Of a stretch of DNA of 64,000 bases, positions 38,147 through 50,104 are shown in pieces. A program made the translations under genes and the position numbers. Position 1 is the stretch's first letter; every line of letters begins with the position of its first letter. The notes beneath the pieces are model-generated. The model was not told where the DNA came from, searched no databases, and was given only the letters and a program-made list of their open reading frames with translations. Source of the DNA: Enoplolaimus lenunculus (Eukaryota); NCBI GenBank assembly GCA_030248215.1, contig JASANG010002859.1, forward strand, positions 372,001 to 436,000, in the 5' to 3' direction.

Positions 38147-38289
38147 GGTCCTTGTTACTGTACGGGGCGTCCAGGTTTCCGGTGGGTGCTTAAAAGAGTA
38201 GATTTAGATTCTAGATTACATTTTTTGCATAGTCTTACGCTTAGGAATACGCTTAATCTACTGCTACGCCCTTTAAAGTAACATTGGCG
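38147..38289. mobile_element. TTAGGC-MITE subfamily C (degenerate)
   Basis: TSD tcccattg/tccctttg. Confidence 0.7.
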
Positions 38290-38784
38290 TCCCTTTGCAT
38301 AAGCCTTTGGTTTTATAGAACGTCTTTACGAGCCAATCTTGGTTTGTTTGCTGGTGACTGGCAGAAAGCGTGCACAATTATTCGCTTTAATTCGCTAATA
38401 ACCTGAAATGATTTATTAAAAGTTTCTTAAACAATAATCAATTAGATGTTGTTAGCGTAGGTATAAATTAGCAAGAGTATTTTAGCAACTGTGTCTATCC
38501 ACTTTGGCACAATTGGCAGTTAGTAATCGGTTTTCAAACATGGGAACTGCAAACGCATCTGGTCTCGACATCTGCTCACAAACCCTGTTAAACCAAATAC
38601 TAAACATACGCTGAATTTTGCATATGATCAGGCTTTGGTTCAAAAATTATAGTACCTTTATCAACAACTGAAGGTAATGTGCTACGCATATTTATTATTG
38701 TGAAGTACGATATCTTTTTGACAATTTTGGCAACACACGAAGAGACCTGCCTAACGGATTTTGATAAACTTTTTTGCTTGAAAG

Positions 38785-38990
38785 CTTTGTCTAGGCGGCC
38801 TTTTGTCCAGACTGTGTCTTGGCCAAGCGGTCCTTTGTCCGTGTGGCCTTTTGTCCAGACGGCGTTTTGTAAAGACAATCGTTTGTCCAGACGGTCTTCT
38901 GTCCGGACGGCCTTTTTGTTCAAGCGGTCTTTTATCCGGCGGCCATTTGTCCGGCGCTCACTTGTCAGGCGGCCTTCTGTCTGGTCACCG
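38785..38990. repeat. About 15-bp degenerate tandem repeat (CGGCCTTTTGTCCAG-like), probably transposon subterminal
   Basis: About 13 degenerate units ending at ...GTCTGGTCACCG. Confidence 0.7.
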
Positions 38991-39142
38991 TTGAAAATCA
39001 CGCTATTATCTTGGCATAGAAAGTACATTCTGAGCTCCAGGTGAACAATTTGCATTATGAAATTTTCAGCTTCCTACAGCTGGTGGGTGTACGCATTTGT
39101 TCATTTCACTTGACATGAGTCATTGCGTATCATTAAAGCATA

Positions 39143-39261
39143 CACTGTAAAAATCGGGAGTCAAATTGGCTCTCTCGGAAACAGGCTTTTCCTGACTACA
39201 CAAACTGAGTCAAAGTTGACTCTTTCCAAGAGAGTCAATTTGACTCTGATTTTTTACAGTG
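39143..39261. mobile_element. CACTG-family MITE, short
   Basis: TA-CACTGTAAAAA...TTTTTACAGTG-TA. Confidence 0.8.
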
Positions 39262-39788
39262 TATGAACACAGAAATGAACTTGAAACAAAACATTTTTTG
39301 AAAATTCTGTTGGTTTTCACCTAAACGTTTGCTGACAAACAGACATTTAAGCCAGTTCAATTTCCAAACCAACCACTGCCAAATTTTTGAAGTAACCTGT
39401 TCATAAAACATATTTTATTAGGTTTGAAGCAAATTATGTGAACCAGAATCGAGTAAAATATCTCTCGTTACTCAGTAGACGTGGGTTTGTCCATGTAATG
39501 AAATTTGAGACGAGCAACTCATGTAAAATATAAACTTTTTGTTTACTTCCGCTTCCGGCACATTTGTTTGTGTCTTAGCTTAAAGTCAAAATATGAGCAG
39601 TAACGTGTAAAGTATGAAAGCGTTTACGGTCTTGCAGTTGTCCGGCAAATGTCCTTTGATGACTGTGTCCTACAGTACTGGTTACATCGCTAAAGCCATT
39701 CATGTTTCTCAGTGTTCAGACACGAGGCATAGCCATGGATGTGGGTTTCATGTGTCAAACCCCTGTTTGGATTTTTGCAGGGGGTTTA

Positions 39789-40236
39789 CTATAGTTACCC
39801 GAATAAGAGGGTGTAGGGAAATAAGAGGAGGGGTCCCCATTTTGAGTACCAATCAATAGGAGTCCGTATCCCTAATAAGAGTCCGTAAGTGGATAGAGTT
39901 CCTAAATCCTAATTAGAGTCCATGAAGGTTAGTTATTCCTAATTGTAGTGCATAAATGTCTCCAGGACCAAATTTAATTGAGTTCGAATCTTTAAGGCGT
40001 ACTTAAATTTTGAAAAGAACCTTCCTAAGTATAACCTTGCATTATCGCTCAAGCAATTGACACAAGACAAATAAACAGTTGATTAAACGGATAGTTGCAG
40101 TACCGGATATATATCAGTAACGAAGGGTGGCGGACCGTGGGTTAAAATAGATAACAGTCCGTAACCGAACAACAAGGGGGTACACTCTAGAGAGGCAAAA
40201 TGAATGTCAGTCCTCCTCTTATTCGGGTCACTACAG
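39789..40236. mobile_element. Tc1/mariner-type MITE
   Basis: TA-flanked family TIRs. Confidence 0.85.
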
Positions 40237-40356
40237 TATGCATGGTTTCAATTGTTAGCACAACCATTGAGACTTTTATATGACGTGAACCTCTTTCTTT
40301 CCTGCTCAAAATCCTGGCTACGCCCATATTCAAATATCACACCACTTTAATAACTA

Positions 40357-40563
40357 CACTGCAAAAAATGGTAAGTCAAATTGACTCTCTCCGAAATAGG
40401 CTTTTCCTGACTACATCAACTGAGTTAAATTCGTCTCCCAGTCAAACGTGCGATTCAGGGAATCGAACTTGACTCTGGCGGAGTCGAATTCTGGCTAACA
40501 GTTTGTGTAGTCACGAAAAGCTTATTTCGGAGAGAATCAATTTAACTCACAATTTTTGCAGTG
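40357..40563. mobile_element. CACTG-family MITE
   Basis: TA-flanked long TIRs. Confidence 0.85.
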
Positions 40564-41413
40564 TATGCGCTAAGATCAAGAATAATTTAAGTATTAACTC
40601 CAGATCCAATTTGGTTATTTTTAGAACGCAACTGTTGTTCTCACAAAACATTTAAAACCGATCTCTGGTTAAAAAAGGTATCACAGGCAAAAAGACATTT
40701 AACCGATTGATAGGAGATTGACGTTCGAAGCACAAGAAGTTGTTGCGTTTTTGTGCCGTTTTTGCACTACGCATAGTGGCCGGGTTTCCAAAACCCTACT
40801 TAAGTACGACTTAAGCACGTGCTGTATAATTACTAAACCATTTTGTCGCTTTTATGAGCGTACCTAAGTTAAGTAAATACTTAGGTCGCTGACTAAATTT
40901 GAGAGATTACAAATTTACCATTCACGCATATAACCTTGGTCAAATTGAAACTGTAGACTATTGGTTCCTCTTCAATATGAACCAAAACTATTACTTTCTT
41001 GTTATGACTATGGTTGTCATTTGGCGTTTATTTGTTTATGATCGAAAATTTAAGTATTTACTTAAGTCGACGACTTAAGTAATTACTTAAGTATAACTTA
41101 ATTAAATACCTAGTAAGTAACATTTCAGAAACCCAACCAATGTGTATTAATTGGTTAAAAACAAATTGTAACATTGTCATGTTTTCCTGTATCCTGGACT
41201 CAGTTTAATTTCGTACAAAAATGTAATTTTTATTAAAGATCCAATTGCTTCAGTGATGTCGGATATCACAAGGGTTTGCTCACTTTTCCAATGTATTGAG
41301 GGTCAAAACGTTTTCATATCATATAAGCTATCTTAAAGTATAAACGCTACTTGAAAGCATCGTTATATAAATACTACCCATGCTGCCAGTGGATCTATAT
41401 TGACAATTTATTT

Positions 41414-41600
41414 GGCCAATGTTACTTTAAGGGGCATAACAAGATTAAGCGTATTCCTAAGCCTAAGCCTAAGCGTTGCCAAAATGAGTTCGTAAGCTTA
41501 AGCCCCAGCCTAAGCCTAAGCAAAAATGCAATCTAGTATCCAAACGTACTCTTTTATAGTACCATCAGAAACCTGGGTGCCCCTCTAAGTAACATGGGCC
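41414..41600. mobile_element. TTAGGC-MITE subfamily C
   Basis: GGCCAATGTTACTTTAAGGGGC ... AAGTAACATGGGCC with GCCTAA blocks. Confidence 0.8.
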
Positions 41601-41996
41601 ATGTCTTATAGTGAACCATCAAAAATATACTGTCAAAAACACTGCTTATTGCTTTGAAACGGTTCCCAAAATACGTATGTGCGAGGCGGTGGCCAAGGGT
41701 GGTCAGAGAGGGCTCAGCCTCCCCTGGAAAAATTTTGTCCATCCCTAGACAATTTTCAACCTAGCTTGTAAGTCATTTGAAAACCCTTCTATGCCCCTCC
41801 TGAAAATTTTTACCCCCCCTAGCACGGTGAGCTGGCTACGGGTCTGTCTATGTAGGGAGTACAAACTTTAATAGTTGTAACACGGCTCTGCGTTCTTCAA
41901 AAGTATGAACGCACGTTACTCCGATAAGTCAAGAGCACGGCATAAGCCGAACGGAGCGAGCGCCATGAAGAACGAGGTGCGTGATGTTTTAAACTA

Positions 41997-42243
41997 CACT
42001 CAAAAGAAATATTTTTGATATTTAAACAAATTTTCTTACATTTAAGAAATATGATTAGCCAGGTGCACTTGAAAAGTATTTCTGTTATAGCAGAAAAGTT
42101 TACAAAAAAGTTTTAAAATAAAGTCTGAAAATAAACGTTTTCTTGTTATTTGTAGAAAAATAATCTTTAATATCAGAAAAAGTTTTCAGATTTGCATATA
42201 GAAAATACTTTTGTGAATAAATTCAGAAATACTTTTTTGTGTG
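41997..42243 (+). mobile_element. CACTC-family MITE nested in an unclassified repeat (41870-42330, related to 4958-5010)
   Basis: TA-CACTCAAAAGAAATAT...ATACTTTTTTGTGTG-TA. Confidence 0.7.
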
Positions 42244-43692
42244 TAGAAACGAGCTCTCGAATGCGGTGCATTGTGCGCCGAACAGTATGCTTCAAACGCA
42301 CAGTGGCTGTCGAACGGCTGTTATCTACATGAACAGTCGTATATACAAGCGCTGATACTTTGCTAATTTGTTTAATAGAACGTTATAAGAAGCTAGATAC
42401 GGTATTTTGGCTTAAATTGTCAAAAGTTTGTTTGACTGGAAAATTAATGTTTTCGAACAGATTAAGTTTCACTTCATCATCTAAATTATCACTTTCAAAT
42501 TTTGAAATTAAAGCTGGAACGCCCCACATACGTGTTTTTGGCAGCGTTACAGCTGTTGTAATGATTCTTTCTTATATAAACAAGAGACAGCATATATATG
42601 CAACTTAGAATATATTCTTAAAAAGTTTTGTGAGGAATGTTTTAGGGTTGCAAATTTGCACCCACGTTGACAAGTTTCAATAATAATTCAAAATAAAGTT
42701 TTTTGATTCAACAAATTTAAAAGAGAATACGTGGTATGCTTCTGAAAAAACTACGCTTTCATTCTTATTCGAGTGAGGGGACGTTCTCAAAACGAAGTTA
42801 AAGTAAAATTTCAGTTATCTGGGCCCGTAGCCAGAAAGAAACTAAAGCAAAGGGGTCAGCCCTACCCTCGAAAAGTTTTGAGATCGTCTAGCAAAGTCAG
42901 CAACAGATACCGAGAAACTGTCGAACAATTTCACTTTAAGTCTGAGTCTTTTGTATTGATACCCGGCAGCCAGTTTCATTTGTCCAAAACTGGTTTCGTT
43001 GACAAAACCTAAAATTTGACTAAAAATTCGGCGGTTTATAAATATTTGCATTGCACAACTCTGAGGTGAGCGTAGCAGTGCAGGGTACAACCGAAGGTCT
43101 GCCTCCGGCTCTTTTCCGGCTGCGATGGAATTTTTGCCGGAGGTTCCGACAATTTTGATAGTGGAATTTTGCATAGTTTTGCAAAATTTATCTGTTTGAA
43201 ACGTTTCGTTTTAAGTTTTGGCGCAAATTTCAGACAAAAAAATCCAGTGATTTCGTTAAAAATACAGCGTAAAACGAAATAACTTAACAACACGTTACAG
43301 ATATTTGCTAAATTTAACAAATTAAACATCATTTTAACCACATAATTTCGCTTCACCTTTGGCTTCGCCTCCGGCTGTGGCAAGTTTTGTTGCCCTTCGG
43401 CTCACGTATTTTCACTTCAGGTTGCACCCAGAGAAGAGGTAATTTTTTACGCAATCTGAGCTCTTGTACATTTTCCCTTACTATGTTTAAACTCAGGCTT
43501 AGGTTTAGGTTAACTTCTTTGTGCTCGGCCAGAATTTTTATGCTTCACCATCGTCATTATTTGACGGATGTACCTACAAATAATATAAATTTTTCGCAAA
43601 ATAATTTTTCGGTTCTTAAAAAACTCACGGACTAATACTGGTCGGTTTTCAAAACATTACAATATGGCCTGAAAACAATTGACCCGGTCATA

Positions 43693-44224
43693 CACTGCAA
43701 AAAATGGTGAGTCAAATTGGCTCTCTCCGAAATAGGCTTTTCCTGACTACACAAACTGAGTCATGCATAGCATTCAAAGCAGTACATCATACACACACTG
43801 CAAAAAATGGTGAGTCAAATTGACTATCTCCGAAATATACTTTTCGAGACTACACAAACTGAGTCATGCATAGCATTCAAAGCAGTACATCATACACCCA
43901 CTGCAAAAAATGGTGAGTCAATGTGACTCTCTCCGAAATATACTTTTCGATACTACACAAACTGAGTCATGCATAGCATTCAAAGCAGTACATCATACAC
44001 ACACTGCAAAAAATGGTGAGTCAAATTGACTCTCCGAAATATACTTTTCGAGACTACAATAACTGAGTCATGCATAGCATTCAAAGACGTACATCATACA
44101 CAGACTGCAAAAAATGGTGAGTCAAATTGACTCTCTCCGAAATATACTTTTCGAGATTACATAAACTGAGTCATGCATAGCATTCAAAGCAGTACATCAT
44201 ACACACACTGCAAAAAATGGTGAC
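43693..44224. repeat. Tandem array of a CACTG-MITE left arm, about 103-bp unit x5 plus partial
   Basis: CACTGCAAAAAATGGTGA-type starts at 43693, 43796, 43899, 44002, 44103 and 44206. Confidence 0.95.
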
Positions 44225-44321
44225 AAATATTGCAGAAAAAGCGATGTCTTCATCAAAAAAATTCGAAGGTGCATTGTATGCAAGCCGTTGTGCGATTGTT
44301 GAGATCTGAAATATAGTTTTA

Positions 44322-44530
44322 CACTGGAAAAATGGTGAGTCAAATTGAATCTCTCCGAAATAGGCTCTACCGGACTACACAAACCGAGTCAAATTCGACT
44401 CCACCAGAGTCAAACGTGCGACTCCAGTAAGTCGATTTTGACTCTGGCGGAGTTGAATTCGACTCAGGTTGTGTAGTCCCGTAGAGCCTATTTCGGAGAC
44501 AGTCCATTTGACTTACCATTTTTTGCAGTG
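44322..44530. mobile_element. CACTG-family MITE ending about 140 bp upstream of the neuropeptide ATG
   Basis: TA-flanked long TIRs. Confidence 0.85.
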
Positions 44531-44610
44531 TAGAAAGTTCAAATATACAAAATTTTTGAAAATACAACCATTTTGGATAAATAACAGTGACAAGAAACAA
44601 TAGAAAATAC

Positions 44611-44626
44611 ATTTCTTTAATTTCAG
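44611..44626 (+). promoter_or_regulatory. 3' splice acceptor or SL trans-splice site upstream of the neuropeptide ATG
   Basis: atttctttaaTTTCAG ends 42 nt before the start codon and matches the nematode-type acceptor consensus. Confidence 0.45.
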
Positions 44627-44668
44627 TGGGAAAAATATACATAATTAATTGAATGTAACAAAGTAATA

Positions 44669-45085
44669 ATGGCGCATTGTTTAAATTCACGTTTAATAAC
44701 ACTGTTCGGACTTACCTGGGTTTATGTCCTTGTGACAATTATTTGTTCCGCAACAGCTGAACCAGATTTTGAGCCAGTAGCGATGCCGTTAGATCAAATC
44801 ATCGAATCAAAACGAGCTCGAATGTATCGATTTGGCAAACGTCATTACTCTTTAGATGACGTCATTGGACCAGAACTGGCAAAACGAGCAGCAATGTATC
44901 GTTTCGGCAAACGGTCAATGACGTCACCAGTTGCAATGACGTATGGTGGTATTGATGATGATGATGATGATGATGAAAGGGACAATGTTTATTCAAAACG
45001 TGCAAGAATGTACCGTTTCGGTAAACGAGCGCGTATGTACCGCTTTGGAAAACGAGCGAATATGTATCGATTTGGCAAAAAATGA
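44669..45085 (+). CDS. FMRFamide-like (RFamide) neuropeptide precursor encoding five AxMYRFamide peptides
   Basis: 138-aa ORF with ATG in aataATGg context and a hydrophobic signal peptide (about aa 1-30, ending SATA). Five KR-preceded units: ARMYRFG x3, AAMYRFG, ANMYRFG, each followed by KR/KK with an amidation Gly. Acidic spacer (DDDDDDDE). AATAAA signals at about 45347 and 45362. Confidence 0.95.
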   Translation: MAHCLNSRLITLFGLTWVYVLVTIICSATAEPDFEPVAMPLDQIIESKRARMYRFGKRHYSLDDVIGPELAKRAAMYRFGKRSMTSPVAMTYGGIDDDDDDDERDNVYSKRARMYRFGKRARMYRFGKRANMYRFGKK

Positions 45086-45574
45086 AACCAATTAATCAAA
45101 TATGGTTCAGGGTTCGTAGCTAAAATTGGTTCCGAAAAAGCCTAACTGCCCCTTAAAAAAATTGGAGACGCAACTGAAACGTTTTGGCATCATTTCGAAA
45201 CGCAAAATAATTCTCATATGCGTTGTTGTTGTTGTTGTAATATTTTGACCCCCTGTTAACTGCCTGTGCTGGCTGCAGTTTTATTTTGATTTGGTAAAAC
45301 AACGCCTAAAATATATTTATGACTTAAATTCGTACGTTCGTTACTGAATAAACATTACAGAAATAAAAGAATGAAATTTGTTGCTAGCACTGCGTTGCAT
45401 AGCGTTTAATATCCCTTAACCCAGTACTGAAGTTTGATTTGACATGAAAACTCCACTCATTTCCCTCATCTGATTAAGGTCATGGCTTAAGCTTAAGATA
45501 AGTCTCAGGCTTTGACACAGGAAAAGGCTTAGGTAAAATTTTATGCTTGAAAAAAACACCCAATCAAAAAACCC

Positions 45575-46365
45575 AAAGTTTTTCAGATATTAAGACAATT
45601 CTTCTAAAAATAACTGCAAACAAAATACAGAATATACTTATAGAAAAGTATTTTCGGTGAAAAATCTGAAAAGTTTTTCTGCTATTTAAGACAATTTTTC
45701 TTAGGAAAAGGCAGGAAAAACAAGAACCCCCGGAGGTTGTGCCCAAGCCTAACGCGGAGTCTAAACCGATTAGGTGGTTTTTGAATAAAATAATAGTTCT
45801 GGAATTTCAGTCTATCTACGCCAATCAGTGGTACACAGCGAAACTTAAAATTTTGTAAATTTAGGATTTCGCTCGAATACAGGGCGCACATATAGTATTT
45901 CTGAATTTATTCAGAAAAGTATTTTCTGCGGCAAATCTGAAAAGTTTTTCTGATATTTAAGACAATTCTTCTAAAAATAACTGCAAACAAAATATTTCTG
46001 AATTTACTTATAGAAAAGTATTTTCGGTGAAAAATCTGAAAAGTTTTTCTGCTATTTAAGACAATTTTTCTTAAAATAACTGGATAACGTTAATTTTCAG
46101 ACATTATTTCAAAACTTTTTTGTAAACTGTAACAGAAATACTTTTCAAGTGCACCTTGCTAATCATATTACTTAAATGTAAGAACTTTTTTAAATATAAG
46201 AAATATTATTTTGAGTGAGGAAAACGCTAATTTTCAGACTTTATTTCAAAACTTTTTTGAAAACTTTTATGTTTTAACAGAAATACTTTTCAAGTGCACC
46301 ATGCTAATAATATTTCTTAAATGTAAGAAATTTTTTCTTAAATATCAGAAATATAATTTTGAGTG
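45575..46365 (-). mobile_element. Rearranged cluster of CACTC-family MITE pieces
   Basis: Two element ends (TTTGAGTG at about 46217 and 46365); an internal block is duplicated (45575-45700 vs 45940-46070). Confidence 0.7.
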
Positions 46366-46898
46366 CAGTGTGATGCAGCTGTATATCAAAAAATGCCCAG
46401 TGTGTTTGTTTTGCATTCGTTTCATGGTCGGAATACAATTAAAAATATCAGAGATGTCATGGGACAAGCAAAAATTTTCAAAGCCAACCTCACCGCGTTC
46501 GAATTCTTCATGGATATCACCGCTGGCAATTGTCATGGTGATTGTAGGTGCCTGCCGATTTCCGACGGTGTGAGCAATGGTTTTCCCGGAAAGGCTGAAC
46601 ACAAAGGTTTCCTCTGGCTACGGGACCACCCTGTCTGTTTAGGTTTACCTAATATTAATAAAATCTGGTTTTCTTGATTTAAGACAATAGTTATAATGAA
46701 TTGAAAGACGGGCTTTTTCCAAAAAGCTACAATATCGAACTAGTAAAAAATACTATTTACTAGGCGATGCTGTCAAATATTTCAGTTGTTTGTTCAGGTT
46801 TTCTCTTGATAAAAACGAACCAAAGCGAAATCTAAAAATTACGCCTATGCTCTTTACTGTTTTCGTTTTACTGTGACGATTTCTGGGAAGCTATTCAA

Positions 46899-47060
46899 CC
46901 CCTTCTCACATTGAATTGCCTGAGAGCCCTCTCGGGCTCGAGCGTCAAGCTCCTACAGCTGAGTGGTAATGGTAACGCCTCCCACTCCAGTCACTGGAGT
47001 TCGAATCCTAGCATAAATGTAGGTCTCAGGGGAAATAGAAAATATTCATGCGAGAAAGGG
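46899..47060 (+). mobile_element. piggyBac/tRNA MITE, internally deleted copy retaining the tRNA module
   Basis: CCCCTTCTCACAT...GAGAAAGGG-TTAA; about 100 bp upstream of the A box is missing. Confidence 0.8.
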
Positions 47061-47118
47061 TTAAAATTATTTTTTTACTTAAGAAGCATCTACAAACCAT
47101 GTGGGTCCCTCAGCCTTA

Positions 47119-47340
47119 GGCCCATTAATCTTAAATGTGTGTAGCACCTTTCACCAGTTGCTGATAGGTCTTGCAATTTTCAAACCAGGGAATGCTGGGA
47201 CTAAAAATGTAGCACATTATTCGCGTTTGATTTGCTCTACTCCTGTACCAATTTTGAGTTCAACAACTGCAATAGTTAGCGAGTCTAAAAACCTATTACA
47301 AACTGATGATTGTTGCTATACACATTTGAGAATACGAGCA
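47119..47340. mobile_element. GGCCC-ended MITE without TTAGGC (TCAAATGTGTGTAGCA family)
   Basis: Inverted arms; related arms at 30953, 32560-32598 and 56389. Confidence 0.6.
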
Positions 47341-47743
47341 CTAGCGTCAAGCTTTCGTTGTCGAGCAGCGGCGGTTTTATGTTTTCCATTCGATGAGTCC
47401 CTTGGTTGTATTAATTTCTTTGACTGAAGGGGTTTCAGGTGAAACAGAAAATGTTCATGAAATGGTCAGTATTGTCAGTTTTTTAACACATAAGTCACAA
47501 TCAAATGTTAATAAAGTTCGCTAAAATTGCCATCTCAAAAACATTGTAGGTCCATATTCTGTGATAAAACATATGCTACCACCAACGGCGTAACCAAGAT
47601 ATGGCGTCGGTCGGTATTTCATGGCCTCTTATGTGCCAAAAATTGTTTTACCTCAAAGATCCTGAAGACCTATTTCAAAGGACATGAGCTTCGCTTCTCG
47701 TCTGTTCAGAAATTTCGGCAAGTGCGGTAGGTACACTGACACT

Positions 47744-48152
47744 GGCCCATGTATAGAATTGGGCCGGATCGTTTTCCCGGAGGGGCTACAACAGAGTCAG
47801 TTTAAGCTTTAGCCTATTTTTTTGGTTAGGCTTAGGTTTAGGCTTAGGAATAGGCCCATCCATACGCTTAGGCTTAGGCTTAGGCTTAGGATTAGGATTA
47901 GGAATGGGCCCATCCATACGCTTAGGCTGAGGCTTAGGTTTATAAGCTCATTCTTACGCTTAGGCTTAGGCTTAGGAATAGGCCCATCCATACGCTTAGG
48001 CTTAGGCTTAGCTTGTAAGCTCATTCTTACGCTTAGGCTTAATAGGCTTAGGCTTATAAGCTCATTCTTACGCTTAGGCTTAGGCTTAGGCTTAGGCTTA
48101 GGCTTAGGAATATGCTTATACTACTGTTCCGGCCCTGTTCAATACATGGGCC
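47744..48152. mobile_element. TTAGGC-MITE with subfamily A ends and mixed A/B spacers
   Basis: Perfect TSD CTGACACT. Confidence 0.92.
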
Positions 48153-48351
48153 CTGACACTCTATATCTCAGCTGGTATACGCCTCTAGCTATCTTTGAAG
48201 ATATTGTCTGCCCGAGTCCAACCTGCTTTCAGCTTCGAAAACGGCGTTGCATCTCGTGCCAATCGAAGTATGTTATTTTACAACTTCGCCCAAATGATAA
48301 ACAGGCGCGGATTGGCCTCAAAATGTGAACGGTTCAACTGAACAGCAGAAT

Positions 48352-48514
48352 GAGGCCCGTAGCCAGCTCACCTTGCTAGGGGGCTAAAGAAATTTTCCAG
48401 GAGGGGCATTGAAAGGTTTTCAAAGACTTACAAGTAATGTTGAAAATCTTCTAGGGGGGTCAAAATTTTACCAGGGGTGCTCAGCCTCCCTGCTGCTCCT
48501 TGGCTACGGGCCCG
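48352..48514. mobile_element. hAT-type MITE (GGCCCGTAGCCAG family)
   Basis: TSD agcagaat/agaagaat; a reverse copy lies at about 41680-41846. Confidence 0.8.
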
Positions 48515-48680
48515 AGAAGAATAGAAAAGCGGAAATGTTTCTAAATCACTTTAAATTTAAAAAAGAGCTGTCATCGTAGTTGGTTTAAGCTGTTTTATAG
48601 CTACTGTATGTTTTGCTTTTTTATTACAGAATCCTCTGCTGCTGGTAGCACACGTGACGGATTCATCCATATATCAAACG

Positions 48681-48921
48681 GGACCGTGTAATGATCAGGA
48701 GCGGAACGTTTTTCTGTGGGACTAAAACTTAAGCTTTAGAGTAATTTTAATGCTTGAATTAGGCTTAGTCTTAGGCTTAGGCATACGTTTTGGCTTAGGT
48801 TTAGGCTTAGGCTTAGGCTTAGACTTAGGATTAGGCTTAGACTTAGGCTTAGGCTTAGGCTTAGGCTTAGGCTTAAGAATATGATTATAATACTGTTCCG
48901 CCCCTGTTCTTTACATTGGTC
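48681..48921. mobile_element. TTAGGC-MITE subfamily B with a long TTAGGC run
   Basis: Approximately 9-bp TSD tatcaaacg/tatcaaagg. Confidence 0.85.
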
Positions 48922-49099
48922 TATCAAAGGTATTAATAGAATCCAGTAGGTTGATTTGTAGGCACAAAAATTGGTTCGTATATTTGGTCAAATGTTCTGT
49001 TTTATTGAATAGATTTTTTCAAATTTTGTAATTACAAAATTCGGGTTTGAGTATTTTGTTTTGAGAAGTGTTCATTTCGCACATGTGTTGCGTTTAATT

Positions 49100-49420
49100 G
49101 GCCAATGTAAAAGAACAGGGGCGAAACTGTATTATAAGCATGTTGCTAAGCCTAAGCCTAAGCGTACAAATGAGCGTATTCCTAAGCCTACGCCTAAGCC
49201 TAAGCCTAAGCGTACAAATGAGCGTATTCCTAAGCCTACGCCTAAGCCTAAGCCTAAGCGTACGAATGAGCGTATTCCTAAGCCTAAGCCTAAGCCTAAG
49301 CGTACGAATGAGCGTATTCCTATGCCTAAGCCTAAGCCAAGCAAACAAAATTAGTCTAGAGCTTTACTCTACTGCAGTCTCACACAGAAAAACGTTCCGC
49401 CCCTGATCTTTACACGGGCC
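49100..49420. mobile_element. TTAGGC-MITE subfamily B
   Basis: Four GCGTAC(A/G)AATGAGCGTATTC spacers between GCCTAA blocks. Confidence 0.88.
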
Positions 49421-49907
49421 CATTTAAGCTGTTGCAAAGCGCGTTGAAAATAAGGCAAAAACGATTTAAGCGAGCAAGACACGAATCAAAAGGCTAATAA
49501 ACACAATCCTTTTATAAGATTTAGGAACTTTGGTTACTCGCAACTGCAACCTGGCTCCAAAATTTTACCATTGGGACGGTCACAACCTAAAGCCGACGTT
49601 TGAGTTTAGGGCTCAAATTTTGATTTGCTTGCAAAAATGTTTTGGTATACAAGTGCATTAAATATCAAGAAAATGGAATATACCACTGCAAGTTGTCTTA
49701 CTAAGATGTACGTACTATTTCGTAGCTAAATATTGTTTCAAACGTTGAGTGCAATACTGCAACGAACTTACAGCCTTGTATTGAAAATATTAAAACGTTT
49801 ACTGGTTAACTACAGGAACCGTTTAGGAATATACAGACCAGAATTGAGTTCACTAAATGTAAGTAAATATGAACAATTTTGTATAAAACAAATACCATCA
49901 ACATTTT

Positions 49908-50104
49908 GGCCCATGTATCGAACAGGGCCGGATCGCTTTCCGGAGGGGCCATAATAGAATCAGTTTAAGCTTTAGTCTAATTTTTTTGTTTAGACTTAGG
50001 CTTAGGCTTAGGCTTAACAATAGGCTTGTCTATAGGTTTACGCTTAGGCTTAGGCTTAGAAATATGCTTATAATACTGTTCCGGCCCTGTTCTATACATG
50101 GGCC
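49908..50104. mobile_element. TTAGGC-MITE subfamily A
   Basis: Perfect TSD AACATTTT. Confidence 0.92.

Noticed and set aside
38600..39055. 151-aa and 121-aa overlapping ORFs
   Set aside because: They are open largely because of a stop-free 15-bp tandem repeat.
46345..46677. Coding-looking stretch (also 11358-11560, 52463-52566, 61038-61130, 61997-62230)
   Set aside because: Exon-like signals exist but I recognise no homology or consistent gene model, so they are unsupported without RNA data.
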